A DNA stretch of 63,705 nucleotides, counting the filler, from Welwitschia mirabilis (lineage: Eukaryota), in the NCBI GenBank assembly GCA_051453625.1. It is 4 parts of one record of this genome, joined end to end, with 100 filler letters (N's around TTAATTAATTAA, not from the genome) between each part and the next. Parts side by side here need not be neighbours in the genome. Positions count along the whole stretch, not along the records: positions 1 to 31,636 come from JBOZIK010000001.1; 3 more parts are not named here. One strand, given 5' to 3'. Below the pieces are notes generated by a model. The model saw only the letters and a program-made list of their open reading frames with translations. It did not search any database and had not been told where the DNA came from. The translations under genes were made by a program, and so were the position numbers. This document shows, one piece after another, positions 1 through 12,600 of this stretch; positions within the stretch are counted from its first letter, which is position 1, and each line of letters begins with the position of its first letter.

Positions 1-1560
1 ATATTGGCTGAAAATCTTTTATCTTGGTGGGGTTATCCACCTTAGGTAGTAAGAATATGGCCATAGCATTTATTTGTCTCAATATTTTATCATTCATAAA
101 GAAATCCTAGACTACTTGAATTAAATTAGGCCCAATTATACCCCAACATTTCTTGTTAAAAACTAAATTATACCCATCAGGACCCAAAGCATTGTTATCA
201 GTAATGAAAAACAATGCATTTTTTATTTCTTCTATTGTTACAGGTGTTGTAAGCATCAGATTCAATTTCTTAGATACTATTAAACCCCTCTAAATTATTT
301 CATCTTTTACTGTGATTCTTTTTTCCATTTTTGAATCTAAAATATTCTTATAAAACTAAAGAATGTGCTTCTTAATCTCTAGCAAAGTGTGTAGTCTACT
401 ACCATTCTCATAAATTAGTAGATTTATTATTTCGTACCTTCTCTGATGGGATACTATTGCATGGAAGTAAGAATTGTTCTCATCACCCATTTGAAGCCAA
501 TCTATTTTAGCTTACTATTGAAGCTAAAGACTTAGCAATTTACTTGCTCTAGCAAATTTCTTCAAGCATTCCTTTTCCTATTAGATGAGCTTTGAGTTAA
601 ATCTATTCCCCTCTAGATCTAGTTGCACTTATGATAGCTTCATTTTTTCCTCTTTACTTTGCTAGTGTAGGTTTGCAAATTTGGTCTTGTTTAAATTCCT
701 CAATCCCCTTTCAACATTTTTAAACACTGCACAAGGTTATACATTTTATAATCTGTGATGTCTTGCTATCATATTTAGGTTACCATATCAATGAACTTTT
801 CATCTTCCATTCATATATTTTTAAATCTAAACAAGATCCTTTTAGGTCTACTATTCTACTTAGCAACTGAAACAATGGCTAGACAATGATATGAGATCCC
901 TTGAGTTTTGAATTCCATAAATAAATCCTAAAAAATCCTCATCCATGATTCATTGAGTAGATCTTTGTCTAGTTTGCAGTAAGTGTGTCTATTTGTCCAA
1001 GTCATAAAGCTGCTCCAATATTTTCAGTGTTGTATCTCATTGCCATTTACGAACTCAGCTAGTTCCTTCCCTACATTCACTGACTTCCCGGCCTTCACTA
1101 CCTTTTCTGATGCTGATAAAACTATGTTCAGATCACCTATGATCATCCAAGGGCTAGAATTCTGCGGATCCAAGTCAGACAATTTTTCCCAGAATGTTTT
1201 CCTTTTCTCTACTGTATTGTAAGCATAAACAATGGTGAGCAAAAGAGGGCAGCAACCATTCTTAACTCGAATCTCAAAGTGTAAGTACTGCTTGTCTCTC
1301 ATAAGTTCTGAAACTTCAACTAACTCCTCTTTCCAGAGTAACAAAATCCTATAGTTTTTATCCATTTCAACATTAGATTTTATACTCCACGCTCTCTCGA
1401 ACTGCTTAGCCACAACATCAAAGCTATTCTGTCTCAGTCTTGTTTCTAGGATAGCCACTAGGCCTAAATTATTTTCTTTGACTAGAGACGCCACCGCCCC
1501 TTATTTTAAGGGGTTATTCAAACCCCTTATATTCCAAGCTGTGAATTTTAGCTCATCCAT
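1..1560 (-). pseudogene. LINE ORF2 (APE endonuclease to start of RT), degenerate
   Basis: ATG at 1560 reads MDELKFTAWNIRGLNNPLK*GAVASLVKENN, in frame with ORF 1024-1494. Many stops follow downstream. Confidence 0.88.
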
Positions 1561-2881
1561 TAGGCATCTGTGCCCTTGTCATGAAATTTTTTGAAGTTCC
1601 AGCATCTACTAATTCTTCTTTCCTTGCCTCAGATGGATTATGTTTCCCTTCAATCATTACATTTTTCTGTTTCTCTGCTTTGCTCCTATTGCTCCTCTTA
1701 CCAGTTACTACATGCCACTCCTTTTCAGATGTAGTGATTTGTGAACTATTGTTATCATCCTTTTGTTGTTCTTGAACTTGACTATTTGTATTTTCCTCTT
1801 GCTCTGTAGTCATGGGTACCTTTCTCACCCACACTTGCTTCCAAGGATGGGGATTCAGGGGGCAGCTAGCAAGCCTGTGACCAAATTTCAGACATATGCT
1901 AAATTTCCAAGGCTTCCACTCGTATTGAATTCGCTGCTCTACCTCTTCCCCTTCTAGCCCTTACAGAATTATTTTTTCTTTTATTTTTTCAGAAGATGAT
2001 ACCTCACTTAGGATTCTAGCATATGAAACCCTTTCTTTAGTCACTGTTAACTTATCTACGTAGTAAGGCTTACCCACCATGCTTGCAATTCGACTTAACA
2101 TTCTTGGTGACCACAATTGGAGATCCAAACCAGGAAAATTAAACCACACAGGTAAAGATGCAAAGCTAGTCGGGTCTGATTTCGTGCCTAGTGTCCCCAT
2201 CTTCAATACCAAAGGGTGTGCACCTTTAAATAACCAAGGACCTTCATCCAAGACCTCTCTCAGTTTCTCTTCAGTTTTGAATCGGAACACGTAAACCCCG
2301 TTATTGTTCAAATACACCTTTGGCTTTGTTACCATGTTCCGCTGAGCAGCACTGAATTTCTCCATGACTGTACACGGCTCATTTACACCTACTACTACAT
2401 CAATCAATGCTGATTGGCAAAATTCAATGTCGGTTTTTACATCCTCCTCTGAGTATTTTAGCACACTATGATCATCAGGAGGAATAAAATCTAGGTTCAA
2501 ACAGTTATGGGGGTCTCTGTTACCAGAAAGTACCTGATTCCATGGTCGATCTGTTTGTAGAGGTCCCTGGTCTGCTTGCATCTTTGATTCTGCCTTCCTC
2601 TGCATCTCAGTGTCTGCATTCTTTGCTGAAGGTGATGTCGGGGATGATGCAGGAGATGGCGTGTCTAGATCCTCCATCTAAACCCCATTCCTAGCCTTCG
2701 AAATGGGTGCATTTGAAAAATCGAGTTTGGGATTTCCGACATTTCCTTCGGGCTCATTAGGTCCTTCACAATCTATACTGTTTTCCTCCAAATTCATGTT
2801 TTTTCTGCCACCAACTGACTTTGGAGTTGTTGGAGTGGGTTCATCCAGCTTCTTCACCTGAGAGGATCGCTTTCCCATCAT
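1553..2881 (-). pseudogene. LINE ORF1 (DUF4283-like plus zinc-knuckle region), disrupted by stops
   Basis: ORF-track pieces 2678-2881, 1961-2677 and 1553-1834 are collinear and separated by stop codons. Confidence 0.88.
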
Positions 2882-3599
2882 GGATATGGAAGAGGCATAC
2901 GATTAGCTATCGTGCACTGAGCTCCATGTCGAGAGCATAATTTCTAAATATAATAAGTTATTAATTCTTGTAATGAGTTTTGAAATTATATGGTAATTAC
3001 TAGTTTCTAAACTACAATAAATGATTAGATCAACCCTTCAAATTTTATCTCTATTTAAATTAGGACTCCCACCTATTTTTAATTTTATTAAATATTCTTA
3101 TATAAAATACGATCTTAATTCCCCAGAGAAGGTCATGTTCTGTAAAAAGAAATATACAAAGAAATAAAAATTCATCTTATGGTTGATTCATATCATAGTA
3201 AAGCTCAACTATTCACTTAAAATAAAATTAAACTATTAAGATTCACTTTCTAATTCATAAAATTAAGTCCCTAAACTTGTACTTTCTAATGAAGATACCT
3301 ATTCCTAAATAGATCTCTTTCCTTGTGCACTAAGATCTACCTCATTATTATAGTCTACCTAAATGGATAAATGCCACTGTCTGCTTTACTAAAAATGCCA
3401 TTGTTCTTATTGCTAAAACTGTGTAAGTTTTAGAGATGATGTCTAATAGGTATGAAAATTTTAATGTGAAAGGGGTGTCCCCTAGCTTATTGTAACAACA
3501 TTTATTATCTACTTACAAAAGATAGAAGAGAGAGAATGAGGATCTCTACTTAAAATAAAATAGAGTAAAATGAAATAAAAACAAGATCCCTCTTACATA

Positions 3600-4752
3600 A
3601 GTTCTTAAAGCGAAGTATGCTGCTGATACAAAAAACCTTAGACAACATATTCTTCAAGCTCAGTCGGATCTTCATACCATTCAAAAGAGTTGAATGATTC
3701 CTCCCAGTCTTCCGCTATGTGTGAGAGTGAAAAAGAAGCAATCACAAAGTATAAAAATCTATTATATCAGAAACTCCAGCTTAACAAACAACAAGCCAAA
3801 ATTAGATGGGCTTTGGAGGGGGACCTAACTTCAACATATTTTCATGCTTGTCTCAAGCAAAGAGGTAATTCCTCCATGATTAGTACTCTCTATGATTCAA
3901 ATGGTAATCTACTGACTCATCAGGAGGATATTCAATAGAATTTCATATCTTATTTTAAGGACCTGCTAAGTAATGAGGTACGTGTGGCTAACCTAAATCC
4001 TTCTTATTTGGCTACTGGCCTATCAGTTTCAGAACACCACTATCTTCTTTTACATAAATCAATTTCTAATGAGGAAGTTAGAAATGCCTTCTTTTCAATT
4101 GGTAATGATAAAAGCCCTAGACTTGATGGCTTTTCTGCAAAATTTTTTAAATCTACCTAGAATATTATTGATCAAAATGCCTGTACAGCCTTAAAAAGTT
4201 TTTTCAGATATGTCAGAATGCCTAGAAGCATTAAGTCAATAACCATCATTTTGATTCCCAAATCGCTCACTTTCAACATGGCCTTTGACTTAAGTCCGAT
4301 TGCCTATTCAATATTATCTATAAAGCTATTGCGATGATCATTGTGAATAGGCTGAAAAAAGTTTTAGATGACATTGTAGCTGATGATAAAGGTGATTTTA
4401 TCCCTCATAGAAGTATCATCCACAACATCTTGCTCACGTAAGAACTTGTTCAACACTATGCAAGAAAAAGGACTAGCCCGAGGTGTGCTCTTAAGATAGA
4501 TCATAAGAAAGCTTACGACTTAGTATCCTAGCCTTTTCTTATAAATCTAATGAAAGGTTTAGGTTTTTCTTTTAAATTGATCAGTTGGATAAAAGCATTT
4601 GTTACCACCTCTTATTTCGCAATCCTCATCAAAGAGGTATGGTGGGGTTTTTCCAGGGAAAAAGAGGACTCAGGCAAGGTAATCCCCTCTCCACCTACCT
4701 CTTTTTCATTATTATAGAATACCTTTCCAGAGGACTTAAGAAGTTGGCTTTG
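3600..4752 (+). mobile_element. Degenerate LINE ORF2 fragment (reverse transcriptase) of a different family
   Basis: Motifs KIRWALEGDLTSTYFHA, DKSPRLDGFSAKFF, LKIDHKKAYDLVS and KRGLRQGNPLSTYLF; ends at an N gap. Confidence 0.9.
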
Positions 4753-4852
4753 NNNNNNNNNNNNNNNNNNNNNNNNNNNNNNNNNNNNNNNNNNNNNNNN
4801 NNNNNNNNNNNNNNNNNNNNNNNNNNNNNNNNNNNNNNNNNNNNNNNNNNNN

Positions 4853-6149
4853 GCCTCAGATGGATTATGTTTCCCTTCAATCATTACATTTTTCTGTTTC
4901 TCTGCTTTGCTCCTATTGCTCCTCTTACCGGTTACTACATGCCACTCCTGTTCAGATCTAGTGATTTGTGAACTATTGTTATTATCCTTTTGCTGTTTTT
5001 GAACTTGACTATTTGTATTTTCCTCTTGCTCTGTAATCACGGGTACCTTTCTCACCCACACCTGCTTCAAAGGATGGGGATTCAAGGGGCAGTTAGCAAG
5101 CCTGTGACCAAATTTCAGACACTTGCTACATTGCCAAGGCTTCTACTCGTATTGAATTCGCTGCTCGACCTCTTCCCCTTCTGGCCCTTGCAGAATTATT
5201 TTCTCTTTTAATTTCTCAGTAGACGCTACCTCAATTAGGATTCTAGCATATGAAAGCCTTTCTTTAGTTGCTGTCAACTTATCTGCGTAGTAAGGCTTAC
5301 CCACCATGCTTGCAATTCGACTTAGCATTCTTGGTGACCAGAATGGAAGATTCAAACCAAGAAAAGTCACCCACACAGGTAAAGATGCAAAGCTAGTCGG
5401 GTCTAATTTCGTGCCTGGAGTCCACATCTTCAATACCAAAGGGTGTGTGCCTTTAAATAACCAAGGACCTACATCCAAGACCTCTCTCAGTTCCTCTTCA
5501 GTTTTGAATCAGAACACGTAAACCCTGTTATCATTCAAATACACCTTTGGCTTTGTTACCATGTTCCACTTAGCAGCAATGAATTTCTCCATGACTATAT
5601 ACGACACTTTTACACCCACTATTACACCAATCAATGCTGACTGCCAGTATTCTATTTGAGTTTTTACATCCTCCTTCGAGTATTTTAGCGTACTAGGATC
5701 ATCAGGAGGAATAAAATCTAGGTTCAAACAGTTATGGGGGTTATCTGTTACCAGAAATTACCTGATTCCATGGTCGATCTATTTGTAGAGGTCCCTGGTC
5801 TGCTTGCATCTTCGATTCTGCCTTCCTCTGCATCTCAGTGTCTGCATTCTTTGCCGAAGATGATGTTGGGGATGATACAGGAGATGGCGCGTCTGGATCC
5901 TCCCTCTGAACCCCATTCCCAGCCTTCGAAATGGGTGCATTCGAAAAATCGAGTTTGGGATTTTCGGCATTTCCTTCGGGTTCGTTAGGTCCTTCACAAT
6001 GTGCAGTGTTTTCCTCCAAAGTCGTGTTTTTTCCGCCACCAACCGACTTCGGAGTTGTCGGAGTGGGTTCATCCAGCTTCTTCGCCTGAGAGGAACACTT
6101 TCTCGCCATACGATTAGCTCTCGTGCGCGGAAATCCATGTTGAGAGCAT
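4853..6149 (-). mobile_element. L1-clade LINE copy 2 (5' UTR and ORF1), same family as copy 1
   Basis: Collinear, high similarity to 1625-2938. Intact CX2CX4HX4C knuckle CSKCLKFGHRLANC at ~5089-5130. ORF1 ATG at 6109. Confidence 0.93.
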
Positions 6150-6689
6150 GTAACTTACCACCGTAAAAAAAAAAAAAATCCTTCACATATAGGATAAGTT
6201 ATTTATTTACAAATGTATCAGTATGATAATGGATAGACTTAATCAAACGTTTGATCCATATAGCATTATTGATAAAAATTGAATAAATGGAAATCAGAAA
6301 AATATGGGACTAGATATGTATATAAAAATAGACCAAATTAGCCATATATACCCACGAGAAGGTATAACCTGAATATTACCAAAATTAGGTCTTCCTACAA
6401 GGGTCTTCTTTTGCAGGTTTTGCTTTGCATGTCTATATTTTCCAACGTGGTTTTACATTCTTCAATGTGTTCTCCCACTAAAACGCTTTATGTTATGTCT
6501 GTGGAAACCTTCCATGCACATCCTTCTAATGTGTTCGTCCATGTTTCACAACTTCATGCCCTAGAAATAGTGGGCCAAGCTCTCAATCTCTACATTTTCT
6601 TCTTCAGTATCATGAAGCAGGAAGACTTCAAAAAAAGGGAAGAAGTCTTTTATTTCATTAGATAATACTTTATGTTAAGTCATTTAGTT

Positions 6690-6877
6690 ATAAACACCTT
6701 GTTAGCCGTTTTTTTAAGAAAATTATGAGGACATGCATGATCACTAAGGCATTCTTTTTTAGAGACACCTTAAAAGCAATTTCAAATCCTTTTTTTAAAG
6801 CATTTGTATATAAACACACATTAAAAATATTTTTTAAACGTTCCATTTAAGGTGTCTGAATTAAATTTCTAGTAGTA
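6690..6877. mobile_element. Possible CACTA transposon right end
   Basis: TTTCTAGTAGTA at 6866-6877 is one mismatch from the reverse complement of CACTACTAGAAA. It is preceded by short subterminal-like motifs (AGACACCTT / AAGGTGTCT). No left end was found. Confidence 0.4.
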
Positions 6878-7592
6878 AAATGACAAAAATAAGAGCTCGT
6901 CCTACAAAATCTAGATGTTAAGCCACATGATATGATATTACAACTATTATCGTAATACTTCATGTGTTTGTCATTTTAACTAATAGTAAGTAATTGCATC
7001 ATTTACCTTACCTTGTAGACTACCAACCTAGATGCCTATAGCCTCATGCTAGTGATTGTAGTTTTATAGGTTTTTCTTGTAAATAAAAACTAATATGTAA
7101 AAGCAATAGTACTAGTGATCATGATGGAATAGTAATAGATGTGATAGAAGATAATCAATATAATGAAGAGACAACAAATATTTTGGACTTTTTATTCATT
7201 ATTCTAAAAAGTAAAATAAAAATTTTATTATTTTTGATTAAATTTCCAAATCATAAAGAAAAACATAGATACAAGCTAGATAATGTAAAACACACTCCAA
7301 AATATTACATCATAATACAATGTTATAAGAAGATAGTGAATCATCGATATTTCACACATGAAATGCATACATTAATATACATAAGATGATCAAGAATTAC
7401 ATTCATACAAAATATTGATAAAGAAGGATGTACCCTATACCTAGATAACAACTACTTATACCTCTCAAGTGGGATGAAAAATACGATCTTAAGGTAAAAA
7501 TTATAGCTTATCTAGAATTTATTAAAAGAAAAACTTAAGGAAAAAAAAAGAATTTTCTTTATTTTTTATTAATAAATTTTCAAAAATAAATA

Positions 7593-9137
7593 GTAGCATA
7601 TTTAATAGGTTTCTAATCCAAATAGAAAGAATATGAATCTTAATCAAGATAATTACATAAAAGATCAAATTCAAAGATAATGAACTCTTTTTGGATGTAT
7701 TTTACACTTCCTAACTTTTTCTAAGCATTATGAACCTAGTGCAGAATGATGAATGATGATCAAAAGGCTAGAGGATAAAGAAAGATCAAAAGGCTAGAGG
7801 ATAAAGAAAAAACTATCATCTACCTCATTATCTAGACGAGAGTTAAGCAGATGACCAGTAGAATCAACAAATAGAATCAATAAATAGAGAAACTAGGTTT
7901 CTACTAACAGTCATCTAACATGTTACCTGAACGATACTCTAGATGATGATANNNNNNNNNNNNNNNNNNNNNNNNNNNNNNTATAAGCTTAAAAGCTGAT
8001 AAAGCATACCATAAAATCTAGCACCTTCGGAAGAGATAGCAATGTGTCAATTAAGTCATAAGTCATGATCAAGTTTAGGTGAATGTCTAATCTTGCAAAG
8101 GTGAAGCAAGATTAGTTTCAATAAGAAAAAGCTTCATATGCTAAGAAGAAATTCAATTATGGCATAAGAAAGTAGATAAGATTGAAGATGACTTGTCATT
8201 CACCTCATCATCCAGACAACACACAAGATGACTAGTAGAATTATCAGAAATAAAACTATAAATTGACAATTGATAGTTGTCCACCTGGTCATCCAGATAA
8301 TACCCAAGACAACACTAAAAACATGAAACTTAGCCATCACTAAGAAGATGCCCAAAGAACAAGTATACATTAGAAGAAGAGACTAATCGTCATCCACCAT
8401 GTCATTTGAATAACAGGCATGTGGAACATAGTTATAATGAATACAAAATGATCTCTATTACTTATGAAATCATTATTATGCTCATCTCTAATCTATTGCA
8501 ACTATTTATTGATCCTAATAGTCATTCCAAATCCATAAATACCTCATTAGGTTCCTCATTTTTCATATTTGGTGCATTGATTTGATTTGGAGATCGATTG
8601 AGCAATGGATCCATCCTACTTGCAGAGAAGGGCATTTCTTGGTATTCAGTTGTATCTCCTTTATTGAGAAGTTCTTTCTTTCTAAAAGGATGTTAACATT
8701 TTGATTAATAAAGCCGTTGATTAAAGAATTCTTATTAAACTACTTTCTGATGTTCCTTATAATTTATGTTAATTACGTTTAAGTAATAGTTATTTGTAAT
8801 TGATATAGATTATGAGGGTTAAGTTGGGTGATAACAAGTTGGTATACTTGGTTAGGATTTGCATTTAGGTTGCATTCATCTTTACATCTTGTATTCATTC
8901 ATTCCATCATCACATTTTCATTCTTAAGCTAGAGTAGAAAATCGTTTTGGTTTTATTCTTTTTTATTCAAAAAATCTTCTAAATTCCTCTTTAGAAGTTC
9001 TCTCTATTGTATGACATTTGGGTTAACTCCCATATGCTAGTGTGTTTTGTATGAATTTATTAAGAATTACAAGTCTTAAAGCTAAATGATTCATTATAAG
9101 GAAATACAATATTAATCACATGATTTGCACCCCAATA
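7593..9137 (+). repeat. 5' LTR of element A
   Basis: Aligns to 16590-18124; the first ~45 bp are not recognisable. Confidence 0.85.
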
Positions 9138-9140
9138 AAT

Positions 9141-9158
9141 TGGCACCATTGCCAAGGC
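9141..9158 (+). other. Primer binding site (tRNA-Asp type)
   Basis: TGGCACCATTGCCAAGG versus the Athila consensus TGGCGCCGTTGCCGGGG, immediately after the LTR. Confidence 0.85.
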
Positions 9159-9699
9159 GGAGTGAAAGGAAGTTTGAAAGGTTGCTTTCCATTGTTCAAG
9201 TAAATAAATTGATTTTAAGATGTTTACTTACATAGTGTCTATATACAAATTTTCTTCTTCTTATGTTAGTTTTTACTTTTACTTTTTTAGTTTAAACTTC
9301 TTTTCCAATTTCTATTAGTTTTACTTTTGGAGATTACCATCATTTTCAATAAACTTGATGTGCACTTTTTATTACATCCACTATTGGTATAGTCTTCTTC
9401 TTACACTTCATATGATTTGGAAGGAAGTTTTTCCACTTGGGTGTAAAGAAGTTTGTTTTAATCTTTTATGGAAATGCAAGGGAATGATCACACAGAAAAA
9501 GAATTAGTGGGAGAAGTACTTTGTTAGTTGAATAATTAAAGAAAGATTAGTGGACTTCAATTCATTTCAATCTGAAATAGAGGAAGACAATTATTCAGAT
9601 TTTCATATTTCTTAAAGTAATTTACCTATTTCTAAAAGTAATTTGTTTAAACTATCTTCCTCTTCACATCCTACTTTTCAAACATTTTTTTTCCTGCTA

Positions 9700-12600
9700 A
9701 ATCCTCAAAAATGTTTACCTCCACTTCTACTCCAATTTCTACCTTAACTCTCAAGGAACTAATAGCTCAAAGAAAAAGAGAGATTTAAAATCCCTTTGAC
9801 CTACCCAATGAAGATGATGTGGAACTCAAAAACTTGCAAGCCTACCCTACCTTCTCAAGAGAATATGAAAAGAATTCCTTTTAACACTTGACTAAAATAT
9901 AACAACTCATTCTTATTTTGTGAAATGAAAAAAAGAAGGTAACTGATAGGACCTACATGATCATTTTTTCTTAAAGGCAAGGCTAAAAGTTGGTTGAAAA
10001 CTATTCCACACCAAAGCCTTAAGACTTGGAGCCAAGTTTAAGATGCATTCATAAAATGATTTATAAGTGAAGCAATCATGAGGAAAAGAAAAAAATAAAT
10101 CACCAACTTTACATAACAACCTCATGAAGATTATGCTATTGCTTGTGAGAGATTTTTAATTATTGTTTCATCTAATCTTTTAGATGAACATTCAAGAGTA
10201 GAATTTGTTAACTACTTTTATAGTGGATTGAATAGTAAAACCAAGAAACTAGTAGATTTTTCATGTGAGGGAATATTACTCGACTTAACTTTGAAGAATT
10301 CTTAAAAACTTTTCAAAGGGTTCGTAAAAATTAGTAAAAAATGGCCTAAACCAATCATCAAAGAAAATAGAACTGTTAGATAAATGTTGAAAGATATAAT
10401 CGAAGTACAACATGAATAGCAACCTAGCCCTAGAAACCTAATTCAATATCTTACCGACACATTAGAAACTTACACTAAGGCCTTGGCTGATGCTAAAATA
10501 GTAAATGAGCAATCTCAATCATTAGTACCTTACTCTCCTTAGAAATATGTGAAGACAACTTCCATTACACGAAAGATTATCTTGCTTTACTAACATGTAG
10601 TAAAATCATCTACAAAGAAGTCTATATGTTTAATCAAAGATCTGATACTTATAAAAATAATCAACAATGTAAGCCATAAAATATGGAACCATAACTAGTC
10701 TTTAGAACCTCTTTTGATAATAGATATAGGAGCAACAACTATCAGCCTAACAAATTTAAACCAAATAATGTTTAGTATAATAATTTATAAATTCACAAAT
10801 TTTAGTCTAACTCTTTTAGAGTTTTAATAGGATAAATGAATAAGATGTAAGAATATACAAACAAAACCTTAAAAAATCAAAATAAGAACCTAAAAAATCT
10901 AATTGGGATTCTTCAATAAACTATGTTGGAAAATCAAAGACCTTAAGGCTTTCATACAATCCAAACCATTCCCAACCCAAATGATGTTAAAAAGGATTAG
11001 AAGATAGTAACAAGAAGTGAACATGATACAACTCGCAATAAAGCAAATCCCACTTCTCACAAACAATAAGATCAAATCCATGATCATGATATATAAATTC
11101 TTGATCAACTTAGCTTTTTTTTAGCTCCTATAGAAAATTCCCATCATAATACAACCAATGAGAACATGAGAAATAAACTCATAATTTCTTGGTTAGAAAG
11201 ATTAAAGATTAATCCTACTTATGATGATTATCTTAAGGTGATTATTCAAGATGTAAGAATCAACCTACCTTTCTTGAAAATATTGCAAGATAATCCTAGA
11301 TACAACAAAATCTAGATGGAATTAGTTAAGAGCAAATATAAAAAAATAATACCAAGTTGGATGTTCATTAAATAATTCCTTTCTAACTTAGTAGCATAAA
11401 AATTTCCAAAATTCAAAGACTTAAGTGATGCTACAGTTAGTGTTATCTTAGAAGGAAGAAAAAAAGATCAAGAAATCACTGATAGACATAAGAGCTAGTA
11501 TCAAAATTATGCCAATTCATGCCTATGAAAAGTTTGTCTTAGAAAACAAAATTGAATCAATAAAAAATATATTAAAAATAACTGATGTAAATCTTAGAAA
11601 ACTAATTAGAGACATCAAGGATCTAGTCATATAAATTAAAGAGGCCTTTTACCCTATAGTTGTGGTTATCATTGATGTGAAACACAATGGAGGAAATCCT
11701 TCACTCTTATAAAGATCTTTTTATGCAATAATGCATTGCATTATTGACACATGAACAGAAATGATGGAGTGTTATGTAGAAAATAAGAAATTAACTATTA
11801 GATTCTTTAATGTAGCTGAAAAGGACATGGGAGAATATTTTAATCTTGAGTAACAAATTAGGCCCTTAATTCTTATTCAACATCATTCTTTAGAAGAGAG
11901 AATCATCACTTTACATAACTCTACTTTATTTGATAATATTGAATAATGTGAAGAAATCTTAGAAAGCCTTAATTCCTCCAATCCATGCAATCTCAATAAT
12001 GAACTCTTGGATAGTAACTTGAATGAGGAAAGAAATCAAAACTTTGAATCTCTCATTAGTTATGATGTTTAATATGTTAAAACCATAAAAAACCTTCTAC
12101 ATCAAGATAATATTCCAACAACAATAAGAAACAATTCTGATTTAGAACTTAAAAAACTACCAAATTAATTGAATACATCTTTTTGAATAATGAACTTCAA
12201 AAACCCTTAATCATTAATGCATGTCTTCATCCTTTGCAAGAAGAATCACTACTTTAACTTTTGAAATCCAAAACACATGTTTTTTTCTTAGAATCATAAA
12301 GATCTTTTAGCTATTCCTCCTTTTATTATTTAGCATAAATTTTATTTGAAAGATAATGCTAAGCCCATTAGATAACCATAAAGGAGACTTACCCCTTTCA
12401 TTAAGCAAGTAGTAAAGAAAGAAATCATCAAACTTATAGATGCAGGAATCATCTATTCCATATCTAATACTGAATGGATTAGTCCCATTACTGTAGTACC
12501 AAAAAAGGATGGAAAGTGACAAGTTTTCATTGATTTTATAAAACTTAATGATGTCACCAAAAAAGAATATTTTCATTTGCCATTTCTAGATCAAATTCTT

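Larger units (their letters stand above)
1..2938 (-). mobile_element. L1-clade LINE copy 1 (5' UTR, ORF1, 5' part of ORF2; runs off the window)
   Basis: ORF1 has DUF4283-like motifs (VYVFRF, GPWLF, LPVWFNFPGL, YARIL). ORF2 has APE endonuclease motifs (AWNIRGLN, ILETR, PWMIIGDLN) and reads LLPKVDNPTKIKDFQPI at 1-55. Its 5' end matches copy 2 up to GAGAGCAT. Confidence 0.93.

Noticed and set aside
4585-5085. ORFs spanning the N gap
   Set aside because: They join two different LINEs on opposite strands across unknown sequence.
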